A DNA stretch of 63,201 nt, the filler included, from Craspedostauros australis (taxonomy: Eukaryota): NCBI GenBank assembly GCA_030167865.1. It is 10 parts of 10 records of this genome, joined end to end, with 100 filler letters (N's around TTAATTAATTAA, not from the genome) between each part and the next. Parts side by side here need not be neighbours in the genome. Positions count along the whole stretch, not along the records: positions 20,118 to 42,182 come from JALAGF010004648.1; positions 42,283 to 44,595 come from JALAGF010004650.1; positions 44,696 to 46,643 come from JALAGF010004651.1; 7 more parts are not named here. The stretch is one strand, 5' to 3'. The position numbers and the translations under genes were made by a program. Under the pieces are notes generated by a model. The model searched no databases. It was given only the letters and a program-made list of their open reading frames with translations, and was not told the DNA's origin. Numbering within the stretch: position 1 is the stretch's first letter; every line of letters begins with the position of its first letter. This document shows positions 35,366-46,743 of this stretch, piece after piece.

Positions 35366-37369
35366 AACGCTGTGATGAAGTCACCGGATGTTCCAAGAGA
35401 TTGAAGGGCTGGGTACTGCTCCCACGCTGCCTCCGCCTTGTCTACGACTAGTCTGGTCCGCTCTCTGCGGTACAAACGCACACAGGGATGTTGTTGATGT
35501 CATTCACGAGCAGATTGGACGTCTGTGGTTCCATCCACGCTCCGCCATGAGCATCGTTGTTGGTTCGTTGCGCAGACAGAGGACGCATGGCAGCAGCATG
35601 TTCACAAGCCGTGCGGCCGTCACCGTGCAGTCGTCACCGTGCCACCGGATTCGCACACAGAGCACTCTACTCCAAGTCACACTGCCAAGCAGATTGAAAG
35701 CGACAGCACCGATGCCAGCCGATCCAAGTTTCTGGAAGAGGCGATCTACAAAGACTACATGGCGAACAAGGCAGAGGGAAATGATGAGAAGCTGCGAGGA
35801 GCATGGTTGCTGTGCGGTTCCATCGACCGTCCCGTATCGCGATATTGTCCTCACCTCTCCAGGAGCTGCACTCCTGCCATTGCGCCAACACTGCAGTCAA
35901 GCCCCTTGCCAAGCCCCAGGAGGAGCGATCACTCGTTGTTGAAGCAACAAATGCCAGGGTCACCATCCATTCCAATCTTCAAAGCGACCAGTGCCAGCAT
36001 GGCGGAAAGGAAAGAACCAACAAGCCAGTGCAGTCCAAGTATCCAGAGAGCTTGACGAGCAACAGAAGAAACCAACAAACTAACCAACGAACCAATGAGC
36101 AACCCCATGCAGAGTGCGAGTGCCGTATTGCTGATCATGATTGACACAGAGTTTCCGTATGGTACAAGAAGCACACGGTCAGCGATCCATGGCCCATGCG
36201 CACCGTATACCCACAAGTCCTCCTTCGTGGTGCTCCCAACTTCATTTGTGAGGCGGATGTTCCTGTCGATCGCCTCGGTTGAGCATTGATGCTCTGGAAG
36301 TCACGAGCCAAGACGATGGCGCTCGTGCCTCTGGATTGAACGCGCACAGTATTGTATGTTGGTGGTCTGTGCAGCAGGAACAGTGGAGGTGGCACGGTGT
36401 CGCTCTGCCTGTTGATTGCTGAACGTGTCAACTCATCCCAATATGCAATATCGTGTTGATTTGATGTTGAGGACTCTTGTTGCCTGTGCAGATGGTGATG
36501 GTTGCAATGCAGTGGGATGGCAACCAGCCAAATCCAAATGAGATGGGTCGAAACCAACCAAGGCAGTCACATCGGTGGCTTCATCAGTGGCTTCATCATT
36601 GTTCAAGGCATTGGTTCACACCTCAAGTTGGTGCTTGTGATGACAGGTGGACAAGGGTCAGCGGTCTTGCAGATGCCACGATGACGCAAGCAAGCGTGGG
36701 CCATGGTGCACATGGTGGTGGCGACGATGACAGCTCTCTGTGTCTCCGGAGACTTTCACGTTGTGTGCTTCAAATTTGACAGCTTTCACTGTACTTCTTA
36801 CCTCTTTACTAATCGTATTAATCAAATACTGGTCGGAGATTGTCCTCGGACAACTCACAATAAAACAACAAGAGCTCCGACCAGGGCACGCAACAACGGG
36901 CCAATCAGTCTCAGTAGTTACTTGCACGTTTGACAAAATTGATGTGGTGTTGATTGTGGCCAAACGAGAACTCTGTTGTGGTGCTTCTTTCTTGTTGTTG
37001 GTCGCACGCATTTTCGTGATGGATGGGAACAGAAAGATCCAATCCGCGCGAACCAGACGCGTTTGATCAAGAGAAGGAGACAAACACAGGCAAACAGAAG
37101 GAGGAGACCATGCGAACAAGACAACAACGCTCACACATCACCCAACCCCATACTCAACCGCGTGAACAACAGACATCGAATTGCCACTCATATTCATCAC
37201 ACAGCGTATGGTACTCATATTAGCATAGTATTCTATAATAGTAAGCCATTGAAGACACACAATCGATATCTCTGTCATGGGCTGCTCTAATAGCACACTT
37301 CCTCGACAGCCAATCCAACGCCATTCGTCCAACGTCAATCGACCATCGACAATTGACCATCCTCTCAAC

Positions 37370-37936
37370 ATGCCGAATGTTACGAATGAACAACTCCTTC
37401 GTGCTGTCAAGGCAGGCGACATGTCGGTGTTGAAGGAATGGAAGAAGCAGAACAAGACTCAGAATGAAGGAGTTGATGTCAACAATGTTACAGACAGCTG
37501 TGGTGACACTCCCCTCCATTGGGCATGCTCCGACGGCCACCTGGAGTGTGTGAAGTACCTCATCAAAACATGTGGGGCGAACATCAACTGCCAAAACAAC
37601 TACAGCAATACCCCCCTTCATCTCGCATGCTTGTTTGGCCAGCTGGAGTGTGTGAAGTACCTCATCGAATCAGGTAGGGCTAACATCAACTGTCAAAACA
37701 ACCGAGGTGAAACTCCCCTTCATGAGGCATGCGGTCACCTGGAGTGTATGGAGTCCCTCATCAGAGGACTTTCGCCTTCAGTTCACACACAACTGCAACA
37801 ACTGCAACAGCGCTTACAACAAAACGAACAAGCAAATGAACAACCACAAGAACAGTCGAGACACCAGTTGAAACGGAAGAAGCAAGAGAATGAACACAAA
37901 CACAGTAGCCACAAGAGGACCAACATCAACATTTGA
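37370..37936 (+). CDS. Ankyrin-repeat protein, copy 2 (three TPLH-type repeats)
   Basis: MPNVTNEQLLRAVKAGD; paralogous to 33792-34583; same ATT-TGA end. Confidence 0.85.
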   Translation: MPNVTNEQLLRAVKAGDMSVLKEWKKQNKTQNEGVDVNNVTDSCGDTPLHWACSDGHLECVKYLIKTCGANINCQNNYSNTPLHLACLFGQLECVKYLIESGRANINCQNNRGETPLHEACGHLECMESLIRGLSPSVHTQLQQLQQRLQQNEQANEQPQEQSRHQLKRKKQENEHKHSSHKRTNINI

Positions 37937-38743
37937 GACGACCGGCTCAGATCCTTCCAAACCGAGAACAGGGCAGACACCATCTTCTTGTGTGGACTGG
38001 GCGACCAACAACAAGCAATCAAAGCAAACGCCGAAGTCCTCATGATCACCGTCCCATCCATTCAGACATTGATCAACTCTGGCATCCAACACCAGCACGC
38101 GAATGACGCCATCGAAGACGACGCGGCCCCCATCCAAACAACCATCGCTCTTCCCAACCTTCAACCAAAACACGTCCGATACGTCCTCCAATGCATCTAC
38201 ACAGGCGAGATATCCCTCGATGACAGCGCTCATGACAACGCTGCTGCTCACATCGGCGCTCTCACCAGCGCTCACCACAATGCAGATGCCTCTCACCTGC
38301 CAACTCTCATCCTCACTGGACAGGATGATCTGCAACAGCTGATCCTTGTGGCCAACAAGTTTGGCGTCTGGCGACTCAAGCGTGTTCTTGAAGTGGAGTT
38401 GGCCCGCAAGCATCTCACAGATGACACCATGACAGATGTGTTGATATTCGCTCATCAACACAACTGCGTGGTGTTGAAGGATGCAGCAATGAGAATGGCA
38501 GCTGAAAGTGAGAAAGATATGTTCACTCATCCAGATTTCAGCAAGCTGATTTCACACCATCAACTGATGGGAGGCATTCATGTTCTTCGCAGTGGGGGAG
38601 TGGAGAGTGATGGTATTGCTGATGAGTTGTCGTATGTGAATATTTTGGAAATCCCAGAAAAAAGGTTAGACTTTTCATTTCAATGTCTTGATCGACTCGC
38701 TCGAGGGGCTCTTAAAATAGGATCTAACTCAAACATGTATTAG
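37937..38743 (+). pseudogene. BTB/POZ-BACK-like region in frame behind the TGA of copy 2
   Basis: ATT TGA GAC GAC CGG CTC AGA TCC TTC... continues in the same frame as ORF 37988-38743 (37988 - 37370 is divisible by 3). Confidence 0.7.
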
Positions 38744-38986
38744 TTAATTATATGGAGAACAAGGATTGCGAATATGTGCTTAGTTTGGATATCTCAGATC
38801 TAACGTTACAATGTCCATTTCAAAGTGTCGGTTGACTTGCTAGAGAGGTTCTTATCGTTGCTAGTGTAAGCACACAAAACATTGCTTGATCTCTGATCTC
38901 GACAAATCAACAAAGCACATCCATCCATTCAATTCATTCTATGTTGATTACTGCTATGCTGCTGTACAAATATATACAAGCCGCTC

Positions 38987-40648
38987 CTACTGCCATTCAA
39001 TGTCGAGCTCCGGATCTTTGATGGGAGATTGCATGGTTGGCGCGGTCTCCAGCTTGGCAATGTCCAGCGCGGGCATGTCGGGAACCAGGTAGACGTCGTC
39101 GAATTCGAAGCCGGCGAGTCTGCGGTGGATGGCGGCCAGGACGCGTGCGCCGGAGCAGATGCCGGTGGATTCCAGCGCGAGGCAGATGCAGAGGAAGGCG
39201 TACACCAATCGGTTGGAGATGAAGGCAACTGGAAAGGCCGAGGCGATGAGCTGCCACACGATGGAGGCGACGATCGTTGTGATCAAGGCGCCGAGCAAGC
39301 CCGTGTTGAAGAACTGCTGGAGGATGTCGGAGACGCCGAATATGTTGTCGTCGACGCCAACTTCTACGTTGAGGGTCGTGAAGCGCGCGAGGATGAAGAA
39401 GCACATCGTGACGCAGACCTGGCGACCGATCATGAAGCGGGGGTGGTTGTCACCGTCGCCGCCGAAGAGGAGGTCGCAGATCTTGAGCGTCATGGCGTTG
39501 TCGCCGCGTTCGTGCTTCGGGAGCTTGGCCAGCGCGAAGAATGCCACCTGCATGCCCTCCAGGATCCCGACGAGGGTCATGAACACGAAGAAGAGCACTA
39601 TGGACACCGTGGTTGGCACTCCATCCCACATCGTCGTTTGGCCATTCGCGAGGCCCGTGAGCGTCACGGCGAAGGAGAAAGCGAGGATGGCGAGCGAGAG
39701 GAGCACGCGCGCCCAGAAGAAGATCGCTTGCGTTGCCGTGCGCGGCGAGTCGTTCGACTTTCCGGATGCCCAGGTGGCGATGAGCTGAACCAAATGACAC
39801 GTGTGCAGCAGTCCTGAGAACTCGATTGCCAGGGCGGCGTACAACGTGAACATGGCGAAGTAGTTGTTGATGTAGTCGAGCATGCTGCGGATGGCGTTGA
39901 CTTGGGCGTTGAGCTGGCCGGCCATCACGGTCATGAGGATGGTGACGAGGCCTGAACCGAGGAAGATCTGCGAAACGATGGTGGGCAGTCCCAGGACCGT
40001 GGCGCTGCTGTCGATGGGAGCGGCGCACAGGTTGGTGACGAAGACGATGAGAACGATGATGAGCTGCCTGCCGACGATGAACCGCTTGAGGTTGTCTCCC
40101 TCGTGGCAGAGAGTCGTGCATTTGTGGGTGATGGGGTGGCTGTCGCGGTACAGATCCTTGTTGATCGGCTGCAATCCGACGAAGGCCCCCTGCGCACCCT
40201 CGGCCATGTTGATCCACATGAGGCAAACGCAGACCACCACGAGGGCGACTGCCGGGTGGATGTCGTGCGAGATCTTGGTCTGCCGCGTGCAGATCAGTGC
40301 CACGACGGTGATGACGGAGAAGACCAGGAGTGCTGTGGAATAGGCGGATTTGATTGCCCACAGGATGTCCCATGGCTTGGTCATGCCAGTATCGTCTGCT
40401 TCGTTTGGCTCGCCTGTCTTCTGCTTCGCGCAGACCGGTGTTGTGTTTGAGTCGGCATCGGTATTGCTGGTATTGCTCGTATCCTTGGTGGTGGTGTCGA
40501 CGCTGAGCGACTTGTGTGGCTTCTCCAGATCATCGTCTGCTTTGGTGGGGAGATCGCTGTGGGATGCAGAGACGTCCAGCGGCGCCGCTGCGCATGTCTG
40601 TGTCATGGTGGCGTCTGGTGTTTCTTGAGTGGATTCGTCCTTGCTCAT
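38987..40648 (-). CDS. SIT: Diatom silicon (silicic acid) transporter, 553 aa, no intron evident
   Basis: About 10 TM segments with the four GXQ motifs (EGAQ, VGRQ, EGMQ, IGRQ), plus GQLNAQVNA..MLDYINNYF, IEFSGLLH, GQTTMWDGVP and TGLLGALITTIVASIVWQL.ASAFP.AF. Confidence 0.96.
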   Translation of the reverse strand: MSKDESTQETPDATMTQTCAAAPLDVSASHSDLPTKADDDLEKPHKSLSVDTTTKDTSNTSNTDADSNTTPVCAKQKTGEPNEADDTGMTKPWDILWAIKSAYSTALLVFSVITVVALICTRQTKISHDIHPAVALVVVCVCLMWINMAEGAQGAFVGLQPINKDLYRDSHPITHKCTTLCHEGDNLKRFIVGRQLIIVLIVFVTNLCAAPIDSSATVLGLPTIVSQIFLGSGLVTILMTVMAGQLNAQVNAIRSMLDYINNYFAMFTLYAALAIEFSGLLHTCHLVQLIATWASGKSNDSPRTATQAIFFWARVLLSLAILAFSFAVTLTGLANGQTTMWDGVPTTVSIVLFFVFMTLVGILEGMQVAFFALAKLPKHERGDNAMTLKICDLLFGGDGDNHPRFMIGRQVCVTMCFFILARFTTLNVEVGVDDNIFGVSDILQQFFNTGLLGALITTIVASIVWQLIASAFPVAFISNRLVYAFLCICLALESTGICSGARVLAAIHRRLAGFEFDDVYLVPDMPALDIAKLETAPTMQSPIKDPELDIEWQ

Positions 40649-42346
40649 GTTGGCTGTTGGTCGTTGGTCGTTGCTGTGACTGTTGCTTGTTGGGTTGTGG
40701 GAATGACTGGCGGTGCGGTCGAGGCTTCGAAGTCGGATTATGAGAATTTCTGTTCCATCAATCCAAACTCGGTCTCGATCTCATCCACGTCGCGTGTTTG
40801 TTGAGTGTATTTGTTGAGTGTGTTGGTTGGTTGGTTGCGGGCGTGCGTGCGAGCTGCTGTAGTCACACAGAGATGGGTGGATGTGTGGATGTGCGCAAAT
40901 GTTTCTCATCCTCTCGCTCCTGTCTGTCTGCTTCTCCCTCGGTGTATCTGTCTCTGTCTCTTCCTTCGTCTTTTGGTGTCCGAAGATCTGCGTGGACCAC
41001 TTGTTGGTGGTGTGGGTTTGAATTCGTCTTCGGTCTCTCTCGTGCCAGAGTTTGTCACGACTTCCTCTTCCTTGGTCTGTCGTGGTTTGCACTGCCTTTT
41101 GTGTCGCGATGCTCGAGTTCTCCATGCACGAAATGTGGAACGGTTGTGACTCCATCGTTTTTGTGAGCGCGAGTCGCCACTATTTTAACGGACAACCGGC
41201 TTGCTCTGCAGGGAGAAGCGCCATTTAAAACTACAACAGATAAATAGCGTCTTTATAACGTTTTATTGTTTGTCACAATCGCGTACATGTCGCATCAGAC
41301 GCTGCAATCGACTCATGCTTTATCCGGGAACACACAACGCTCGACACGAATGAAGTATTGCGGCTTCCGATGGCGTTGGACACGTGGCAAATGCGTTGCG
41401 ACGCAGGCACAACCACGCCGAAAGAGAATGCGGGACTAGACCTCTCACACGTGTACAATGGGCGAACGCGAAACCGGAGAAACACGATCGGAAGCGGACG
41501 CATGATGCGAATGCCGATTGGGCACATGGTTCACGACTCGGATTGGCACGATTTCAACGCTTTCAACAGTTGCTTTGTTTTTTCAATCACGAAAAAATGA
41601 GGCAAGGTGGTGAACGAGCGGAATGAGTTGGAATCAATGAACTTGTGGCCCTTGTCGTCGGTAGTGCATGACAAGAGAAAGGGATAAGACCCGCCTGAGC
41701 GAAAATAGTACACCTTTCTCGGGAAGTCCTCTCAGATTTCCCTATAAATTTAATATGATGTTCCTCTNNNNNNNNNNNNNNNNNNNNNNNNNNNNNNNNN
41801 NNNNNNNNNNNNNNNNNNNNNNNNNNNNNNNNNNNNNNNNNNNNNNNNNNNNNNCAGTAGCCCGTGCTTTAGGTTTTTAGCTTTCGATCGGACATGGATG
41901 CGACTCGTCATTGTCTTCAAGTTGGACGTCGGCGAGCGGCGAAAATGTCCTTTTTTCCTCTCTGAGACGGACTCACAGCAAGGCACTCGAAGCTGAACTC
42001 AGACGTGTCTACAGTCGTGCGAACGGATCAACATTTCGGCTGTTTTTGGCCCCAATTGATTGCACGCAGTTTCTCGCAGTGGACTTGGAACAGGTGTGGA
42101 GGAGAAAAACTGCATCAGAATGCGATGGTACGTACGTGCACTGCGCTGTACGTACGACATTAGGATGGGATGAAGGTGCAGANNNNNNNNNNNNNNNNNN
42201 NNNNNNNNNNNNNNNNNNNNNNNNNNTTAATTAATTAANNNNNNNNNNNNNNNNNNNNNNNNNNNNNNNNNNNNNNNNNNNNAAAGGGTTTGAAAAAAAA
42301 AACGGCTTCTCGTAAAGCGTATTTGGGCTAGTCCGTTGAGTCGCAG

Positions 42347-42421
42347 TTTGTCTGTGGAGACAAATGCACCCCAATTTGCCTGTGGAGACAAATTGCACCT
42401 CCAATTTGCCTGGGGAGACAA
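42347..42421. repeat. 2.5 tandem copies of a 28-30-nt unit (tttgcctgtggagacaaattgcacctccaa), possibly subterminal repeats of a DNA transposon
   Basis: Directly visible; the core ctgtggagaca also occurs at 51738-51748. Confidence 0.8.
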
Positions 42422-42467
42422 GCCACGTAGGCCAGTACCAGGCCAAAATCATTATGGATATGCACGA

Positions 42468-44595
42468 TGTAACACGAAGACATCGAGCAGATCAGTAGGA
42501 AGACCTGATGATGAATCAGGCAAGATCGTAGAAATGGTGCATGAATGCATCAGATTAGGATGAGTGAGATCTTGTGCTCACAAACCTCAACCAATCATCA
42601 ATTGAATACAACAATAACTTAGCAACAATAATCACCAAACATTCCAACTTCACCTGACGGATTGATCACCCTGGCGGCATAGTAAGTGTAGTGTTTGGTG
42701 CCTGTCCTGTGTTGAATTGCTGATTCTCAGATTAACAGTCGCAGCCTCTATCAAGTGAGTGAATGAACGAACACTGAAGTGCCGTGCTGCCTGGTGACAT
42801 CACAATGTCCCCTTCCTTTTGATTTCGGCTGAAGAAGGCCCAACACGTTCGTGACGACAGACCATATTGCTCGTGTGTGCAGATTGTTACGTGCCGCCAC
42901 ACCCGCTTCGCCCTGCCAGAGTGCAGAAAGGCTCACCCACTGTTGCGAATATCGCAGGTGGAGTAGTTCTTCCCAACAAACCAAGTTCCGCACCACTGCG
43001 TTACTTACGATAGCTGATCAGCTAAAAGACAAAGGTGTAAAAGCCTGTGAAGCAAGTCACACGTACACACTTGGCCTGGTCAGCATCGACAAAGGTGAAA
43101 GCCTGTGAAGCAAGACACACGTAAAAACTTGGAGCTTAAGGGCCCTTCTAAGCCTATCGGCAGTACTCATTATGAGGTGTCGCGACCATGTCAGTCGTTA
43201 ACACTAGGTCTAAGCCACACCTGCGAGTGGTTAACGTCCTACGGGATGCAGAGATAACTGCTAACCAGACTAGTGTCTGCCCTTGACTGGGGAAGAAACG
43301 TGATCGGTAGAGATACTGTGGAAGCAACCTGTAAAGCTAGCATTGTGTTGATAGCAATATCACACAAGTGAGTCTAACGACACCGGAAGGCAGGTATACG
43401 CTGGACGAAAACGCGAGTGGTGGAACCAGGTGAATTGAAGCGACTGCTGGCACCTGGGGGGCACTGCGCTCATTAGCGTGCAAAATCCTGTTAGCATCAG
43501 GTCCATCATGCAAGCTGCTGCCAGATCTAAAACACGTATGGCAAGCTGATTCGTGGCACTCAAAGGAGGCACGGATTGGATCGAAGGTCCAACTGGGTGA
43601 AACCAAAGGTGCACCACATCCTGGTGGAGCACAGCTGAACAAGCGCAAGAACACGGCGTTCGGGGAGACGAAATCCGAACGGGCAGGGCCATCCAACGCG
43701 CAATCCATCCGCGACGTTTCATCGTTTCAAGACCAACAAAACAAACAATCGTTCAGTTGGGACAAGATAAAGTTTGGGTAGTTTCACGCGGATCCCAGAA
43801 GTCCAAGCGAAGTGTTGTGTGAGTTTTGGGTCAAGCCCGCGGACTTACGCGATCGAAGTAGACGGACGAAAGTGTTCTGTGTTGGACTTGTGTTTTGTGA
43901 TGGATTCGTGTGATGTGGATTCTGCCTGTCTTGTTGTACAGAGGTTCAATGTTGCCACCCGGACCGACTTCAAGAAGAGGCCGTTTAGAGTCGGGGTTGA
44001 CAAGGAAAACGTTGGCTGAAAGGAAGATGTGCTTGCTTTGTAGTGTGTTAAGGCTGTAGGCTTTTGGGCTATTGCTTTGTGCGTTTTATGACTACTTGAT
44101 GAGCATCTGAATGAAATGGGATGAGAATAAGCAGGGTGAATAGCGGTAATGTACGCGCTTATCGCGATGCAAGCTCCATCCAACTTTGTGATGTTCAGAT
44201 GATCAGATGAGCCAATTTGACGCGCTGTTTTGTACAATACGTCGCTAGCAAGTTCACCTTTGCACATGTGACAGAATGGGGGCGAACATACAGTGTGACA
44301 AGCGGCGATGAACACGCTTGTTCGCTGGTTGCAAGTCCCACATTCTTNAGAGATGTCTGCATGAAGANTTATGCCAGTTTGACATGTTGTTTCGAGCAAC
44401 ACATCGTCAGCAAACGCGTCTGTGAACATCTGAGCCCTCAATTNAAGATCAGAAGTGTCGGGAGATCTCGGTTTGAGCTTCATGTGACACAATGGATCTT
44501 GGGTGAGAAAGCAGATGTTGGCACAGGCACATGTTTGCATTCCATGGCATGCTTCACTCATGATGACATAACAAAGGATCTGTGAATGCATGCAG
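42468..44595 (+). mobile_element. Putative LTR (~42468-42729) plus PBS and a non-coding internal region (non-autonomous LTR element or long leader)
   Basis: ...TTCTCA immediately followed by gattaacagtcgca, identical to the PBS at 57196. Internal ~47-nt direct repeat at 43028 and 43088. No recognisable gag/pol. LTR start uncertain. Confidence 0.5.
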
Positions 44596-44695
44596 NNNNN
44601 NNNNNNNNNNNNNNNNNNNNNNNNNNNNNNNNNNNNNNNTTAATTAATTAANNNNNNNNNNNNNNNNNNNNNNNNNNNNNNNNNNNNNNNNNNNN

Positions 44696-46643
44696 GGTAC
44701 GTTCTGCATCTGCCCAGAGCGTGTTGCCGTTGCGTTTGTCGAGGCGTACGGCTTCTTGGTGATTGCGTGGTACCTGAACGCCGAACTGGTAGATGGGTGC
44801 GTTGGTGTGCTTCTTGGCCTTGTTGATGGAGGTCTTGCGCTCCATTCGAGCCTGCCGGTCAGAGAGCTTCTTCAGCCGTTTCCATCCAGGCTGATCGAGC
44901 AATCCATTCTTCCGGCCGTATGCCGCACATGATACAGGATCATCTTGCAACATGGTGGAGAGTGGTTCGGATGTTGTTGATCCGTCATCCCATTGTACAA
45001 TGACATTGTATCGGGACCCCTTGTAGGTCTTGGCGTTCGGAGTGAGAGGTCCTTCGTGGCCGATGATGCCTTGGAATCCCCATACTCCATCTTCGTCGTC
45101 TTCGTTGCGTTCGAGCTGCTGTTCGATGATGTCGGACAGCTGGACGTAGGAGATGAGTTCGTTGGTGGCTCCATCGTCGAAGGCGAGCAACATCTTGATT
45201 CGTTGGTGGTTCGCAGCATCTGCATCGTTGACGCGTTGGATGACTTCGGCCTTGACTCTCTGTCCGTCNNNNNNNNNNNNNNNNNNNNNNNNNNNNNNNN
45301 NNNNNNNNNNNNNNNNNNNNNNNNNNNNNNNNNNNNNNNNNNNNNNNNNNNNNNNNNNNNNNNNNNNNNNNNNNNNNNNNNNNNNNNNNNNNNNNNNNNN
45401 NNNNNNNNNNNNNNNNNNNNNNNNTGGGACGTCGTCGTCAAGCTCCCCATCATCAGGTGGGTTCGTGTCCGAGCCGTCTTCCTCCCCAACGTCGGCCAGG
45501 GGAAAGTCGACACGCAGGTTGCGGGAGCCGTGCTCGTCGGCGGCACGGATCGAGGATCGAGGGAGGAGCTGTTGGGTGTCATCGTCCAACACCCAGAAGG
45601 TGAGCTCGTCACCCTTGTGGAGGCAGGGTCCGGCCCACCTCCCCTTTCGCTCCTTGGACTGGCTGGGGAAGCCAGGTTTCTCCACGCGGTAGTACACCGG
45701 TTGCCACNATCGGTAGGCAAGGAACTTGCTCACATCGGGACGGTGTCCGTAGGCTGCCTGCATNGGCGTGACGTTACCTGCCGTGCGCTGAGCCAAGTGG
45801 TTGAATAGCACAATGACATACATGGTGCAGATGAGCCAGAAGCGAGCAGGTGTGCCCGTCCTATCCATGATGCCGTTCGTCATGCGTTTGATGTCTTGGA
45901 TACGCCTCTCTGCGGCGTTCTGGTGCTGGTGCTCCGGTTCGCTCTGATGGTCAGCGATGGAGTACTGTCGGAGGATGTCTTGCACCTTGAATCCGATCTC
46001 GGATTTCGCGTTATCGGACATCAGGAGGTCAGGAGCTCCATGGCGCCGGATGAAGTCTTGGAGAGTGGAAGCGACTTGCTTCTCCGATGTCATGGGGAAT
46101 CCTGCGGTGAAGCGAGAATCCACGGCCANGTATACTTGCATCATCGTGCTGCCACCATGGCCTGGCACACCATCGTNGTGTGCAGGTGTGTCAGAGAACA
46201 ACGTGTCCATGGCAACGGTCTCGTGGAGCCTGTCCACGTTCGCAGCAGGGAATCTGGTCTTGAAATGCTTCCTCATGGTGAACCGCTCGGAGGCGCGGTA
46301 CCATTGGGACGTGCACTTGAGGGTGTCTTGGACTCTTCTGGCCGGGATCCATCCGAAGTATGGACGGAGGGCCTCGTAGTCGATCGTCGGCTTTGCATGA
46401 GTGATAGCACCCTGGTTTGGGGCACCGGTCTCACTGGTGAACACTTCGATGGAGTCCAGTGAGTGGATGCCGTCGTCTGGGACACCATCAGAGATCTCGT
46501 TCGGCAAAGTGAACTCGTGGTCGAGAGTGGATGGGTCCCACTCTTCGTCGGCAGTGAAATCCACGTGTGGGTACGTGTCGATCTCCTTGCGTGTGGGAGG
46601 CCTCATGTCCATGTAGGACAGGCCCTGTCGGATGGAGAGAGGG
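44696..46643 (-). mobile_element. CoDi-type Ty1/Copia pol fragment: integrase plus chromodomain-like region, approaching RT
   Basis: VAMDTLF / LLMSDNAKSE / QHQNAAERRIQ (DDE), WQPVYY..GRWAG, IIGHEGP..YNVIVQWDDGSTTSEPL..DDPVSCAAYG and YQFGVQVPRNHQEAVRLDKRNGNTLWADA. Confidence 0.92.
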
Positions 46644-46743
46644 NNNNNNNNNNNNNNNNNNNNNNNNNNNNNNNNNNNNNNNNNNNNTTAATTAATTAAN
46701 NNNNNNNNNNNNNNNNNNNNNNNNNNNNNNNNNNNNNNNNNNN

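Larger units (their letters stand above)
33520..38635 (+). repeat. Direct segmental duplication (~33520-35290 and ~37095-38635), including upstream region, ankyrin and BTB parts
   Basis: Long shared stretches, e.g. aacaacagacatcgaattgccactcatattcatcacacagcgtatggtactcata and gaccatcgacaattgaccatcctctcaacatgccgaat. Boundaries approximate. Confidence 0.9.

Noticed and set aside
35366..37000. Extra domain or gene between the two ankyrin-BTB copies
   Set aside because: Overlapping short ORFs with stops and no family I can recognise; it could be a decayed fragment but is unsupported.
41240..41252. ATAAATAGCGTC shared with 50882-50893
   Set aside because: A single 12-nt AT-rich match with dissimilar flanks; too weak to call.
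20118..42182. A silica cell-wall gene cluster (RxL protein, GT31, ankyrins, SIT)
   Set aside because: These families are large in diatoms, unrelated genes are interspersed, and no shared regulatory motif was found; co-expression data would be needed.
42347..42421. ~29-nt repeats as a CRISPR array
   Set aside because: Units are contiguous with no unique spacers, there are no cas genes, and the context is eukaryotic.
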